From the NCBI RefSeq assembly GCF_000737315.1, contig NZ_JMCB01000002.1, positions 372,001 through 436,000 of the forward strand: a stretch of 64,000 nucleotides of DNA, in the 5' to 3' direction. This DNA comes from Hyalangium minutum (GTDB taxonomy: Bacteria; Myxococcota; Myxococcia; Myxococcales; Myxococcaceae). The notes beneath the pieces were generated by a model that saw nothing but the letters and a program-made list of their open reading frames with translations, had not been told where the DNA came from and did not search any database. This document shows positions 28,368-38,509 of the stretch, in pieces (the stretch's first letter is position 1; each line of letters starts with the position of its first letter). The position numbers and the translations under genes were made by a program.

Positions 28368-28449
28368 GGCCGAAGTGGTCTGCTTGTCAGACCAGTTTGC
28401 GCTGGCTCCGGTGGTTCGGGCCGAAGTGGTCTGCTTGTCAGACCAGTTT
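28368..28449. repeat. Two identical 31-bp palindromic repeats separated by 20 bp (REP-like)
   Basis: GGCCGAAGTGGTCTGCTTGTCAGACCAGTTT at 28368-28398 and 28419-28449; internal TGGTCTG-N5-CAGACCA stem. Confidence 0.85.
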
Positions 28450-28714
28450 TGAGCCTGCTCTGGTGGGTAGGGGCAGCGCGCATGTGGGACCTCTGCCGGT
28501 GGCCCCCTGGGCCGCAGGCCTGCTTGGCCGGCCATCCCGGCATGTGGGATCGCCTCGCTCCACCTGCGAGGGAGGGTGACCTTTGGAAGTGCTTGGAATC
28601 CTTGGCAGATCCACGAATGTCAGACCGGCCGTGTAAGCGAGCCTCCGCCCGGTGCTTGGACCGGAAGCTGGAGTGTTGGAGGCTGCGCGCGCGGCCGAGG
28701 AGGGGTGGTACTGG

Positions 28715-29956
28715 ATGCGTCTGCTGCACACGTCGGACTGGCACCTGGGGCACACGCTCTATGACGTCTCTCGCGAGGCGGAGCATGCGGCCTTTCTCGA
28801 CTGGCTCCTGGTCACCCTCGAGGCCGAGAGCGTCGATGCGCTCCTCATTGCGGGCGACATCTTCGACACCGCCAACCCCAGCGCCGAGGCCCAGGCAGCC
28901 TGGTACCACTTCATCGCCCGCGTCCGCCGTAAGCTGCACAAGCTCGATGTCGTCGTGATTGGCGGCAACCATGACTCGGCGGCTCGCCTCGATGCGCCAG
29001 ACCCCCTCTTTGCTGCCCTCGGGGTGCGCGTGGTGGGCGGGCTGCCTCGGGCCCAGGGGTCGCTCGACTTCGAGCGCCTGCTGGTGCCCCTGCATGACTC
29101 GCGCGGCCGGGTGAAGGCGTGGGTGGCCGCTGTGCCGTACCTGCGCCCCTCGGACCTGCCGATGGTGCAGACCGAGGGAGACCGGCTCATTGAAGGTGTG
29201 CGCGAGGTGTATGGCCTCACGCTGGAGTCGGCTCGCCGGCGGAAGCAGTCCGGTCAGGCCCTGGTGGCCATGGGGCACTGCTACATGACGGGCGCCGAGC
29301 TGTCCCTGCTCAGTGAGCGGAAGATCCTCGGCGGCAACCAGCATGCGCTCCCCGTGGACCTGTTCCCTGCTGACGTGGCCTATGCGGCGCTCGGGCACCT
29401 GCACAAGGCTCAGCGCGTGGGCGGCCACGAGGGCGTGCGCTACAGCGGCTCTCCCATTCCGCTCTCCCTGAGCGAGGCGCACTACCGCCATCAAGTGCTT
29501 CTGGTGGAGCTGGACGGCGAGGGGCTCGGCACGGTGCGTCCGCTGTCCGTGCCGCGCACCGCGGAGATGCTCCGCGTCCCCGCTCGGGAGGCCGTCCCAT
29601 TGGAGGAGGTGCTGGAGCAACTGGCCGCGCTGCCCGCGCTGGAGCCGGACATGCCCGAGCGGAACCGGCCTTATTTAGAGGTGTGTGTCTCCTTGCCTCG
29701 GCCTGAGCCGTTGCTGCGTCGCAAGGTGGAGGCCGTGCTGGAGGGCAAGGCGGCGCGCCTCGTGAAGTTGACGCCTTCGTACACTGGTACGGGGCATGCG
29801 CTGGCGGAGACGCAGCCGGGCATTTCGCTGCGGGAGCGCACCCCCGAGGAGGTCTTCAAGGCCCGCTACGCCCGCGACTATCAGGAGCCCATGGCGCCTG
29901 CCCTGCTGGAGTCCTTCCACACGCTGCTCACCGCCGTGCAGGAGGACGCGTCATGA
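28715..29956 (+). CDS. sbcD: Exonuclease SbcCD subunit D
   Basis: LHTSDWHLG, AGDIFD, GGNHDS, ALGHLH, YSGSP. Confidence 0.97.
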   Translation: MRLLHTSDWHLGHTLYDVSREAEHAAFLDWLLVTLEAESVDALLIAGDIFDTANPSAEAQAAWYHFIARVRRKLHKLDVVVIGGNHDSAARLDAPDPLFAALGVRVVGGLPRAQGSLDFERLLVPLHDSRGRVKAWVAAVPYLRPSDLPMVQTEGDRLIEGVREVYGLTLESARRRKQSGQALVAMGHCYMTGAELSLLSERKILGGNQHALPVDLFPADVAYAALGHLHKAQRVGGHEGVRYSGSPIPLSLSEAHYRHQVLLVELDGEGLGTVRPLSVPRTAEMLRVPAREAVPLEEVLEQLAALPALEPDMPERNRPYLEVCVSLPRPEPLLRRKVEAVLEGKAARLVKLTPSYTGTGHALAETQPGISLRERTPEEVFKARYARDYQEPMAPALLESFHTLLTAVQEDAS

Positions 29957-32900
29957 GGATCCTCGCCATCCGCGGTCAGGACCTCACCAGCCTCGCCGGC
30001 GAGTTCGCGCTGGAGCTGGACCAGCCGCCGCTCGACAAGCTGGGACTGTTTGCCATCACGGGCGCCACGGGCTCGGGCAAGAGCACCCTGCTGGATGCCA
30101 TGTGCCTGGCCCTCTTCGATCGCACGCCTCGGCTCGAGGGCCATGGGGGCGTCGCGGTGGGACGGCCCGGCGAGGACAAGGAAGAGCGGCTGCTCTCGCA
30201 TGACGTCCGGGGCCTGCTGCGGCGCGGCGCCGTCGAGGGGTACGCCGAGGTGGATTTCCTGGGGAGTGACGGGCGGCGCTATCGCTCGCGGTGGTCCGTG
30301 AGACGCGCGCGCAAGAAGACCGATGGGCGCCTGCAGTTCCAGGAGCTGACCCTCACCGATGTGGCCACGGGCCAGACCTTCGGCCGCACCAAGTCCGAGG
30401 TGCTCAAGGCCATCGAGCAGCGGCTGGGGCTGTCCTTTGATCAGTTCCGCCGTTCAGCGCTGCTGGCGCAGGGCGAGTTCGCGGCGTTCCTCCGTGCCAA
30501 CTCCAACGAGCGCGCGGAGCTGCTGGAGCGCATGACGGGCACGGAGATCTACAGCCGGGTCTCCATCGCCGCGCACGAGCGCAACAAGGAAGAGCAGGAA
30601 GAGCTGGTGCGCATGGAGGCGGGGCTGGCCGCCATCTCGCGCCTGTCGGATGAGGAGCGCGCCGCGGTCGAAGGCGCGCTCAAGACCCAGGAAGAGGCAC
30701 GGGCCGCTGCGGAGAGGGTGCTCGCGGAGGCCTCGGCTTCGGTGGAGTGGTACGCGACGCGGGCAAAGCTGGTGACCTCCGAGCGCGAGGCCGTTGAGGG
30801 GATGTCTCGGGCGGCGGAGGCGGTGGAGGCAGCGGCACCTCGGGAGGCCATGCTGGCTCGCGTGCGCGCGGCGGAGGCGTTCCGCGCTCCCGTGGCCACC
30901 ATTGAGGGCAAGGAGCGGGCGCTGGCGGAGGCCTCGGCGGCCCAGGTGCGGTTGGCGGCGGAGGCGGAGAAGGCACTGGCAGCGGCAGGGGCTCGGCAGA
31001 CGGAGCTGGGGCAGACGGAGCGGTCTCGTACTGCGGCGCTGGCTGCGGAAGAATCCGCGGGCCCGGCGCTCACCGAGGCGGCCCAGCTGGATGCGCAGCT
31101 CGCCGTGGAGCGGCAGAAAGCCACGGAGGCATCTCAGCGGGCGGCGGCGTCTCGGACGGCTGAGGAGCAGTCGGTGAAGGCCCTCGCGGCCATTGCCGGG
31201 CAGGAGGCCGCGGCGAAGTCGGCTGCGGAGGCGGCACGCACGTGGCTGGCCGGGCACGCTCCGTTGGAGGTGCTCGCGCGCGAGTGGCCCCGCTGGGAGG
31301 CCGAGCTGGGCCGCTACGAGCGGGCCGCCGTGGGAGAACAGCAAGCGAAGGCGGACGTGGCCCGGCTGAGCAAGGAGGAGCTCAAGCTGCGCGAGGCGGC
31401 GGAGCTGCGCCGTCAGGAGCGGCAGAAGGCCTCCGAGGCCATGGAGCAGGCGCAGGCCCGCGCCACCCACGCCGAGGCTGCCGTGGGCGTGGATGCGGGC
31501 GCGGCCCGGCGTGAGCTTCGCAAGTCCCTGCTCGCGCGTCAGGAGGCACTGCGGACGCTGGGCAAGGCCCAGGAGGGCACTGCCGCCGCAGCCACGGCAG
31601 AGCAGGAGGCTCGCACGGAAGCGGAGGCCGCCCAGCGCGAGGCGGAGACCGCGGCGGCCGAGGCGCGGCAGATGGCTGGACGGCGCCTGGAGCTGGAGGC
31701 GGGGCTGAAGGAGGCAAAGCGGGCGCTGGATCGGGCTCAGGCGGCCCAGGGCCTTGCCTCGCACCGAGCGGCGCTGCGCGAAGGAGAGCCCTGTCCGCTG
31801 TGCGGCGCGACCGAGCACCCCTATGGCCGCGCCGAGGCCGCGCTGGAGGCGCTCGTTGTGGAGGCCTCCACGCGCGTTGAATCGCTGGAGACGGAGCGGA
31901 CCGCAGCGGCCCAGAAGGAAGCGGCAGCGCTCGCGCGGGAGAAGGCCGCGCAGCCCCGGCAGGCTCAGGCGGAGACCCGGCGGACCCAGGCCGCCTCCAA
32001 GCGTGAGGCGCACCGCGAGGCGTGGACGAAGGCGCGCGCGCTCCTCCAACAGCCGCTGCCCCCGGAGCAGGCGGAGGATTCAGGGGCCCGAGCGTGGCTC
32101 GATGAGGCGCTGAAGGAGGCCGAGGCGCGGCTCGCCGCAGTGAACGCCGAGGAGGAGGCCGCGGAGACACGGGCTCGGGCGGCGCGAGAGGCCCGTGCCG
32201 CGCTGGAGGCCTGCCGCGATCGGCTGGAGGCCGCCAGTGATGCGCTGCGGCTCGCGGAGACCGCGTTCACGGTGGCCGAGCGCTCGCTGCGCGAGTCCGA
32301 GCGTCAGGCGGACCAGCAGGGCATCGCGCGGCGCCAGGTGCTCACCGACTTGGCTCCCGCCTTCACGGGCTGGCGCGAGTGGGAGGCCCGGCTCGCGGCC
32401 GATCCCGGTGGATTCCGGAAGTCTTGTGCGACACAGGTGGCGGACTGGAACACGCACGACGAGGCGTTCCGGAATGCCCAGGCCCGTGAGACCAAGGCCC
32501 GTGAAGAGCGGGCCGCCGCCGAGGCACGCAAGGAGGCCCAGCGCGAGACCGCCGAGGCGGATGCCCGCGCCTGGAAGCGCGCGGACGAGGCCCTCCGGCA
32601 GACGCAGGCCGCCCGTGCGAAGGTGCTGGAGGGCCGCCCCGTGGAGCAGGTCCGCACCCTGCTGCGCACGGCGGTGGAGTCCGCCACCCAGGGCTACGAG
32701 AAGGCACGGGCCGCCTCAGAGTCCGCGAGCCGGGCCGCCGCGGTGGCCACCGCTCGCGCCGAGGAGGCCGCCAAGGCGCGCACCGCCGCCGCCGAGGCCC
32801 GGGAGCAGGCCCAGGCCGCGCTCGATGCGCTGCTGCAAGGCCGGGGCGTGACGTGGGAAGAGGTCCGCCAGCTGCTCGCGAAGGATGCCGCATGGTGCGA

Positions 32901-33747
32901 GTCGGAGGCCCGGGCGCTGGCCGGACTGCACGAAGCCCACGCCAAGGCCCGCACGGTGCTCGAGGAGCGTCAGGCTTGGCGCTCCAGGCACGAGGCCTCC
33001 GGAGCGCCTGCCCTGCCCGAGCCGGAGGTGGCCGCCACCCGCGAGCGCGCCCGTTCGGAGGTGGAGGCCCATCGCGCCGCCGCCGCTGGCTCCAAGGCCC
33101 GGCTCGGCCAGGACGACGAGGCCCGAAAGCGCTACGGCGCCGAGGCCCAGGCACTGGAGGTGCGCCGCCGCGCCGCCGAGGTCTGGAAGACCCTGCACGA
33201 GCTCATCGGCTCGGCGGACGGGAAGAAGTTCAAGGTGTTCGCCCAGAGCCTCACGCTGGACGCGCTGCTGCTGCACGCCAACGCCCACCTCGAGGAGCTG
33301 GCTCGGCGCTACCGCCTCATGCGCGTGCCCGGGTATGACTTGGATCTCCAAGTGGTGGACCAGGACATGGGCGACGAGATGCGTGGCCTGGCGAGCCTGT
33401 CCGGCGGCGAGTCCTTCCTCGTCTCGCTCGCCCTGGCGCTGGGCCTGGCCTCGCTCTCCTCGGAGACGACCCAGGTGGAGACCCTCTTCATCGACGAGGG
33501 CTTCGGCACCCTGGACCCGGAGACGCTGGAGGTGGCGCTCGCCACGCTCGACGCGCTCCAGGCCACGGGCCGGCAGGTGGGCATCATCTCCCACGTGTCC
33601 GGCATGGCCGAGCGCATCGGCGCTCAGGTGCGTGTGGTGAAGCAGGGCGGGGGGCGCAGCCGCCTCGTCGTGCAGGTGGACGGAGGGCTCGCCGCGCTGC
33701 CGGAGCCACCCGCCTCGGGCTCGGGCAATGGGCGGAGGGTGGCCTAG
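29953..33747 (+). CDS. sbcC: Exonuclease SbcCD subunit C (SMC-like ATPase)
   Basis: Walker A GATGSGKS, QGEF, coiled coils, CPLCG zinc hook, LSGGE signature, IDEGFGTLD, ISH; ATGA overlap with sbcD. Confidence 0.97.
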   Translation: MRILAIRGQDLTSLAGEFALELDQPPLDKLGLFAITGATGSGKSTLLDAMCLALFDRTPRLEGHGGVAVGRPGEDKEERLLSHDVRGLLRRGAVEGYAEVDFLGSDGRRYRSRWSVRRARKKTDGRLQFQELTLTDVATGQTFGRTKSEVLKAIEQRLGLSFDQFRRSALLAQGEFAAFLRANSNERAELLERMTGTEIYSRVSIAAHERNKEEQEELVRMEAGLAAISRLSDEERAAVEGALKTQEEARAAAERVLAEASASVEWYATRAKLVTSEREAVEGMSRAAEAVEAAAPREAMLARVRAAEAFRAPVATIEGKERALAEASAAQVRLAAEAEKALAAAGARQTELGQTERSRTAALAAEESAGPALTEAAQLDAQLAVERQKATEASQRAAASRTAEEQSVKALAAIAGQEAAAKSAAEAARTWLAGHAPLEVLAREWPRWEAELGRYERAAVGEQQAKADVARLSKEELKLREAAELRRQERQKASEAMEQAQARATHAEAAVGVDAGAARRELRKSLLARQEALRTLGKAQEGTAAAATAEQEARTEAEAAQREAETAAAEARQMAGRRLELEAGLKEAKRALDRAQAAQGLASHRAALREGEPCPLCGATEHPYGRAEAALEALVVEASTRVESLETERTAAAQKEAAALAREKAAQPRQAQAETRRTQAASKREAHREAWTKARALLQQPLPPEQAEDSGARAWLDEALKEAEARLAAVNAEEEAAETRARAAREARAALEACRDRLEAASDALRLAETAFTVAERSLRESERQADQQGIARRQVLTDLAPAFTGWREWEARLAADPGGFRKSCATQVADWNTHDEAFRNAQARETKAREERAAAEARKEAQRETAEADARAWKRADEALRQTQAARAKVLEGRPVEQVRTLLRTAVESATQGYEKARAASESASRAAAVATARAEEAAKARTAAAEAREQAQAALDALLQGRGVTWEEVRQLLAKDAAWCESEARALAGLHEAHAKARTVLEERQAWRSRHEASGAPALPEPEVAATRERARSEVEAHRAAAAGSKARLGQDDEARKRYGAEAQALEVRRRAAEVWKTLHELIGSADGKKFKVFAQSLTLDALLLHANAHLEELARRYRLMRVPGYDLDLQVVDQDMGDEMRGLASLSGGESFLVSLALALGLASLSSETTQVETLFIDEGFGTLDPETLEVALATLDALQATGRQVGIISHVSGMAERIGAQVRVVKQGGGRSRLVVQVDGGLAALPEPPASGSGNGRRVA

Positions 33748-33750
33748 CGC

Positions 33751-34635
33751 TTAGGGGGCGAGGCTGGCCAGGTACCGGTCCAGCGTCTCCGCGAAGGTGG
33801 GGTCATCGCTGAGGAACGCGAGCCCCACGCCGCCCTTGTACGGATCATCCACCACGTGGACCACCAGGGCGTCTCCCTCTAGGCGATCGCCGTTGGGCAG
33901 CCTCACGTCCACCCGGACAATCGAGTCCATGGGTGGCCGGTGCGCCGTGCGCACGAAGAGGCCGCCGTTGGAGATGTTCGTCGCGTGCTCGCGCACGAAG
34001 TCCAGCTCCGTGCGGAACTCCATCTCCAGCTGCACCGGGAAGCGCTTGTAGCGGCGCAGCTCCGCGCCCGTGGGTGCGGCGGCCTCGGGCTGCCCCTGCA
34101 CCACCTCCCCCGCCTCCGCCACCTCCTCGATGGGCTCGATGGGCTCCACGTCGTCCACGGGCTCGCCCGCGACGAGCGGCTCGTCGGCCACCTCCGTCCC
34201 CAGCGGCTCGTCGACGATCTCCGCGGCCTCGACGGGCTCCGCCTCGGGGGCGGGGGCCGGGGCCGGAGCGGGCCGGTTGACGGGCGGCAGGGCCTGCTGA
34301 GGAATCAGCGGCTTCAGCCCACGCGCGACGATGCCTTCCAGGTGCTCCTTCAGGGTGCTGGCGGCCGTCCAGTAGTTCTCCGCGGTGATGATGTTGCCGG
34401 TGAAGGCCGCGGCCCGGAACGCATCGCGCTCGGCCTTGGGCATCTTCCACAGCTCTACCAGCGTGCCCTTGCTCGCCTTGATTTCCCAGGCGAAGCGGTC
34501 CATCTCCATCCGCGGGAAGTCGGACATCTCCAGCTTCAGCTCGAGGTTGGCCTCGTTCTCGCGCAGGGCGATGATGATCTCGACGGGCTGCGTGGAGGGC
34601 AGCAGCTCTTCGATGGCTTCCACGATGCCGGCCAC
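33751..34635 (-). CDS. TIGR02266-type PilZ-domain protein with acidic Pro-rich linker
   Basis: RRYKRFPV, TNISNGGLFVRT, GVGLAF C-terminal domain. Start uncertain (GTG 34635). Confidence 0.8.
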   Translation of the reverse strand: MAGIVEAIEELLPSTQPVEIIIALRENEANLELKLEMSDFPRMEMDRFAWEIKASKGTLVELWKMPKAERDAFRAAAFTGNIITAENYWTAASTLKEHLEGIVARGLKPLIPQQALPPVNRPAPAPAPAPEAEPVEAAEIVDEPLGTEVADEPLVAGEPVDDVEPIEPIEEVAEAGEVVQGQPEAAAPTGAELRRYKRFPVQLEMEFRTELDFVREHATNISNGGLFVRTAHRPPMDSIVRVDVRLPNGDRLEGDALVVHVVDDPYKGGVGLAFLSDDPTFAETLDRYLASLAP

Positions 34636-34815
34636 ATGACCGGGGATGGCGGAGCCGTTCCACAATGCTGCGAGACTGAAGGTAGCCACGGCCCAACACC
34701 ATACCCGAGGAAACCGCCCTATCCACATATCGGCAGGTGGATGTTCACCCAACCCGTCGGGGAGTGGGCGGGACACCTCCCCTCTCAGGGCTGTAGCACC
34801 TGCTGCCGGACGGGC

Positions 34816-36579
34816 TCACCTCGACTTCAGGGGGCGCAGACCCGCAGGCGGCGCGTCCAGCCGGAAGACGGGGTAGAGGTTCAGCCGCGTGTCATAGGAA
34901 GGGTGGCGTTCCTGGAAGAATTTGAGCCGGGCGCGCGCATCCTGGGCGAAGGCTGCGTCCTTCAGGCGCTCCTCCCAGGCGGCCTTCACGGCCGGGTCCT
35001 TGGCCAGCAGCTCTCGGGCGAAGGGCTCCAGCACGTACTCCTCGATGTACTCTTTTCGCTCGAAGTGGTTGTTGAAGAAGCCCCAGGTGATCAGCGAGTC
35101 CGGGCCGGCCGGCTCCAGCAGGTGGGCGACCACCTCCACCCCGGGCTGGGCCACTGGCACGTACAGCGAGCCCGCGGGCAGCGCCTGCTTCTCTCGCTTC
35201 CACGCGCCCTGGGCGGCGAGCCCCTGGCGGCCCTCGTAGGACTGGGGCTGGAACTTCACCTCGGTGGCGCGGAACGCCTCCACCTCCGCGGCGGGCACCG
35301 TCTTGTCCAGGCGCTGGAAGCGCAGGCCGTGGGCGCGCAGCTTGGGCTCCACCCAGGCCGCGTGGGCGGCGGGCACCAGGTAGCCACCGGTGGGCAGCGT
35401 CACGGTGAGCTTGGGCACCACCTCGTCATAGAAGGGCACCTTCCACACCTGGGGCTTCGTGTCGTCGTACTTCACCACCCGCTGGTTGAAGACGGGCGAC
35501 GTCTCGTGGGTGTAGGCGTAGCCGCGGAACTCGATGGTCCGGCTCTTCTGGGTGTGGTCCCAGGCGAGCGTCACCTGGCGCACCTGGCCGGCCTCGGCCG
35601 CCGCGTCCGCCGCCTTCGCCGCGGCCTGCAGGGCAGCACCGTTGGCGGCCACGTACTGGAGCGCGCCCTCCAGCACGTTGCGCGTGGTCTTCACCCGGTG
35701 GGCGTAGGGCTTCCAGGAGTGCGTCTCCACCAGCATCCCGAAGCGGTGGTTCACCGCCCAGTACGTCTGACTGAAGCGCGGAGGCGCGATGCCCGCGGTG
35801 AAGCCGGTGGCCGGGTCATCGTCCTGGATGAAGGAGGGGTAGAAGGTGACGGGGAGGTGCCCCTGGGCCTCGAGCCCTGTCACGAGCGCGTCCCGGAGCT
35901 TCAGGCCGAGGGCGCGCATTGGCTCGGGGCCGCCGTAGAGGGGCTCCATGGTGAGCGAGACGTCGTGCTCGAACTTGGCGCCGTCGGTGACGTGGAGGTC
36001 CAGGTAGAAGAGGGGGTTCCACGCGTGAAGGAAGGTGAGCAGGGCCACCGTCTCCGGGGCGTCCGCCTTCACATAGTCGCGGTTGAGGTTGAGGTTCTGG
36101 GCGGTGACGCGCCAGCCCATCTCCTCGGGGCCCACCTGGTTGGGGCGGTTGTTGGGGCCGAAGCGCTCGTGGCCGTCGATGTTGAAGACGGGGACGAACA
36201 CCGCCGTCACCTGCCCGAGCACGCCCGGCAGCGCCTTGCCCGCGAGCACGTCCCGGAGCAGCCAGAAGCCCGCGTCCTTGCCGTCAATCTCTCCGGAGTG
36301 GATGCCGCCCTGGAAGAGGACGACGGGGCGGTTCTTCTTGGCGTTGGCGGCGGGGGTGAGGGTGCCGTCCGCGCTGGCCACGAGCGCGAGCATGGGGCGG
36401 CCCTCGGGGGTGGTGCCGAACGTCTCACAGCGCACCTTGCCGGGGAAGGCCTTGGGGAAGTCGCGGCAGAGGGTTTCCACCTCCGCGTAGCGGCCGGTGC
36501 GCGTCCAGCCGGAGCGCTCGGCGGTGGTAGTGAGCGGAGCCTGCGTGAGGAGGACAGCGAGGAAGGCGGGCAGGAGCAT
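34816..36579 (-). CDS. Secreted M14 family zinc carboxypeptidase
   Basis: GIHSGEIDG, NIDGHE, NLNRD, DLHVTDG, ETH; signal peptide. Confidence 0.93.
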   Translation of the reverse strand: MLLPAFLAVLLTQAPLTTTAERSGWTRTGRYAEVETLCRDFPKAFPGKVRCETFGTTPEGRPMLALVASADGTLTPAANAKKNRPVVLFQGGIHSGEIDGKDAGFWLLRDVLAGKALPGVLGQVTAVFVPVFNIDGHERFGPNNRPNQVGPEEMGWRVTAQNLNLNRDYVKADAPETVALLTFLHAWNPLFYLDLHVTDGAKFEHDVSLTMEPLYGGPEPMRALGLKLRDALVTGLEAQGHLPVTFYPSFIQDDDPATGFTAGIAPPRFSQTYWAVNHRFGMLVETHSWKPYAHRVKTTRNVLEGALQYVAANGAALQAAAKAADAAAEAGQVRQVTLAWDHTQKSRTIEFRGYAYTHETSPVFNQRVVKYDDTKPQVWKVPFYDEVVPKLTVTLPTGGYLVPAAHAAWVEPKLRAHGLRFQRLDKTVPAAEVEAFRATEVKFQPQSYEGRQGLAAQGAWKREKQALPAGSLYVPVAQPGVEVVAHLLEPAGPDSLITWGFFNNHFERKEYIEEYVLEPFARELLAKDPAVKAAWEERLKDAAFAQDARARLKFFQERHPSYDTRLNLYPVFRLDAPPAGLRPLKSR

Positions 36580-36611
36580 GAGCCCCCGCAAACCACACCC
36601 TCCGGCCCGGC

Positions 36612-37547
36612 TCAACCCTGTTGCACGTGGAGGCTCTGGCCCACGGCGAGCACGTGGAGCTTCTCGCGCGGCCAGTGGCGCCGGCTCCACTCGGCGTCCA
36701 GGCGCTGGGGCGGCTCGTCGAGCGGCTCGTCGGTGAGCTTGAAGGTGCCCCAGTGCATGGCCAGGAAGCGCGAGGCGCCCAGGTCCTCGAAGGCCTGCAC
36801 GGCCTCCTCGGGGTTCATGTGCTGCTTGCTCATGAACCACGCCGGGTCATACGCGCCAATGGGGAGCATGGCCGCGTCGATGCCCGGGTGGCGGCGGCCA
36901 ATCTCCTTGAAGCCCTCGAAGTAGGCGGTGTCGCCGGAGTGGTAGAGGCGAGCGCTGGAGCCCTCAATCACGAAGCCGCCCCAGAGCATCTCGTTGGGGC
37001 CCGCGAGCGCGCGGCGGCTCCAGTGCTGCGAGGGGACATAGTGGACGGTGACGGGGCCGACCTTCGTGGAGCCCCACCAGTCCAGCTCGGTGCAGCCCAG
37101 CCGTGAGCCTTTGAAGACGGGCATTTGGCCGAGGCCGGTGACGATGGGGGCGCCCACGTCCTTGAGCGAGGGCAGGTCCAGGTGGTCGTAGTGGTTGTGC
37201 GAGACGAGGCTGGCGGTGATGGGGGGCAGCTTCTCGGTGGGGACACCGGTGGGGACGTTGCGGCGGATGACGACGTTGATGGCGTCGCGCAGCACGGGGT
37301 CGATGAGGAGGGAGATGCCGTCGAGCTGCACGAGCCAGCTGGCATGGCCGAGCCACGTGAGGCGCGCGCCCTGGCCGGGGGCGGGTGGAGTGGCGAGGGC
37401 AGCGAGATCCGGCTCGACGCGGGGGACGGGAGCGCGGGAGGGGGACTTGCGGCGGAGGCCTCGGAGCTTGTCACCCACGGCCCACTTGAAGACGGTGTCG
37501 AAGCCATGGGGCCCACTGCCGTCGAGGTTCTTGAAGCGCAGCGCCAT
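36612..37547 (-). CDS. MBL-fold metallo-hydrolase (NAPE-PLD/RomA-like)
   Basis: WLGHAS, SHNHYDHLD, QHWSRR, HSGDT, PIGAY, HWGTF. Confidence 0.93.
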   Translation of the reverse strand: MALRFKNLDGSGPHGFDTVFKWAVGDKLRGLRRKSPSRAPVPRVEPDLAALATPPAPGQGARLTWLGHASWLVQLDGISLLIDPVLRDAINVVIRRNVPTGVPTEKLPPITASLVSHNHYDHLDLPSLKDVGAPIVTGLGQMPVFKGSRLGCTELDWWGSTKVGPVTVHYVPSQHWSRRALAGPNEMLWGGFVIEGSSARLYHSGDTAYFEGFKEIGRRHPGIDAAMLPIGAYDPAWFMSKQHMNPEEAVQAFEDLGASRFLAMHWGTFKLTDEPLDEPPQRLDAEWSRRHWPREKLHVLAVGQSLHVQQG

Positions 37548-37786
37548 GGGGGGAACATTAGGCTCGCGAGCACCCACGATCCAGGAGCCCGGCGTGAACC
37601 CAGCGGAGAAGCGTTCAGAGTTTCCCAAGGGGCTGCAGCTGTTGCTGGCGGACTGCGATCTGGCGTGGCCGCTTGCGTTCCTGAGTGCGGACAGTCCCTG
37701 GAGCAGCCGGGCCTCCCGCATCCTGTCGGTGCTGGCGTAGCTACGGCGGTCTGCTGACTCCTGACGCCGGATATGCTCGTCATCCC

Positions 37787-38503
37787 ATGACAAGACTCCG
37801 ATGGCGCTGGATATGCCTGTGGCTGCTGGGGGCGTTGGTGGCTTGCGCCACGACGCAGCCGTCGGAACTGGAGCGTGCTCCCGATACGGATGAAGGGAAC
37901 GCTCTCTCGTTTGAGGAAGCATGCGCGCAAGAGAGCAGCCTGCTGGCGATGTGCGATGGAAGCCAGTGCGGGCTGTTTCGCTGCCAGGAAGTCATGGAGC
38001 ACGTTTCTTCGGGAATCGTGGTGCCCACGAGAGGTGGGCCGCTACTGCTCCCGAGGAGTCCAGTAAGCACGCAGCGTTACTGGGGAAGTGCGCAGGAGCC
38101 TCCTCGGGATTCTCGGCCGGTCTTCATCATCCCCTGGCGCCACAAGCCTCCATTGCTGCCCAGCCAGAAGGCGCTGCTGGAGGAAGCGGCCAAGGAACGA
38201 AGCAAGCCCCATGAGAAGCACCACATCTTTCCTCAGGCCTTCCGGGAGTGGTTTGGCAAGCAGGGCATCGCCGTCGACGCGTACGTGATACCGCTCAAGG
38301 TGGAGAAGCACCGGAGCATTCACCGAGGAGAACGCGGGGGGCCGTGGAACGAAGCGTGGAGACAGTTCATCAACGCCCGTCTGCAGGGGGCCCCGAAGGA
38401 GGAGATCTACCGGCATGCAGGCCAGCTCATCTACGAGTTCGAGCTGTTTGGGCCTGTGATGCCCTACTGGAAGCAGCCGCCATCGCTTCCCACGGAGTAC
38501 TGA
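37787..38503 (+). CDS. sitA6: SitA6-type (TIGR02269) polymorphic toxin lipoprotein
   Basis: Lipobox ALVAC; Cys-rich N-domain (C...C...CGLFRC); HEKHHIFPQ, H..IH and WNEAW nuclease-like C-terminus. Confidence 0.82.
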   Translation: MTRLRWRWICLWLLGALVACATTQPSELERAPDTDEGNALSFEEACAQESSLLAMCDGSQCGLFRCQEVMEHVSSGIVVPTRGGPLLLPRSPVSTQRYWGSAQEPPRDSRPVFIIPWRHKPPLLPSQKALLEEAAKERSKPHEKHHIFPQAFREWFGKQGIAVDAYVIPLKVEKHRSIHRGERGGPWNEAWRQFINARLQGAPKEEIYRHAGQLIYEFELFGPVMPYWKQPPSLPTEY

Positions 38504-38509
38504 GGGGCC

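Noticed and set aside
28368-28449. Mini CRISPR array (31-bp palindromic repeat x2)
   Set aside because: Only two repeats, a 20-bp spacer, no leader and no cas genes in the window; fits a REP-like doublet better.
29953-33747. SbcCD as a Wadjet/Lamassu-type SMC defence system
   Set aside because: Standard sbcD-sbcC pair with a CPLCG hook and no effector or kleisin genes adjacent.
33940-36924. 994-aa plus-strand ORF
   Set aside because: Antisense shadow of the PilZ and M14 genes; no motifs; stops are rare at this GC.
37661-37676. sigma54 promoter for sitA (TGGCGTGGCCGCTTGC)
   Set aside because: GG-to-GC spacing is 11 rather than the required 10.
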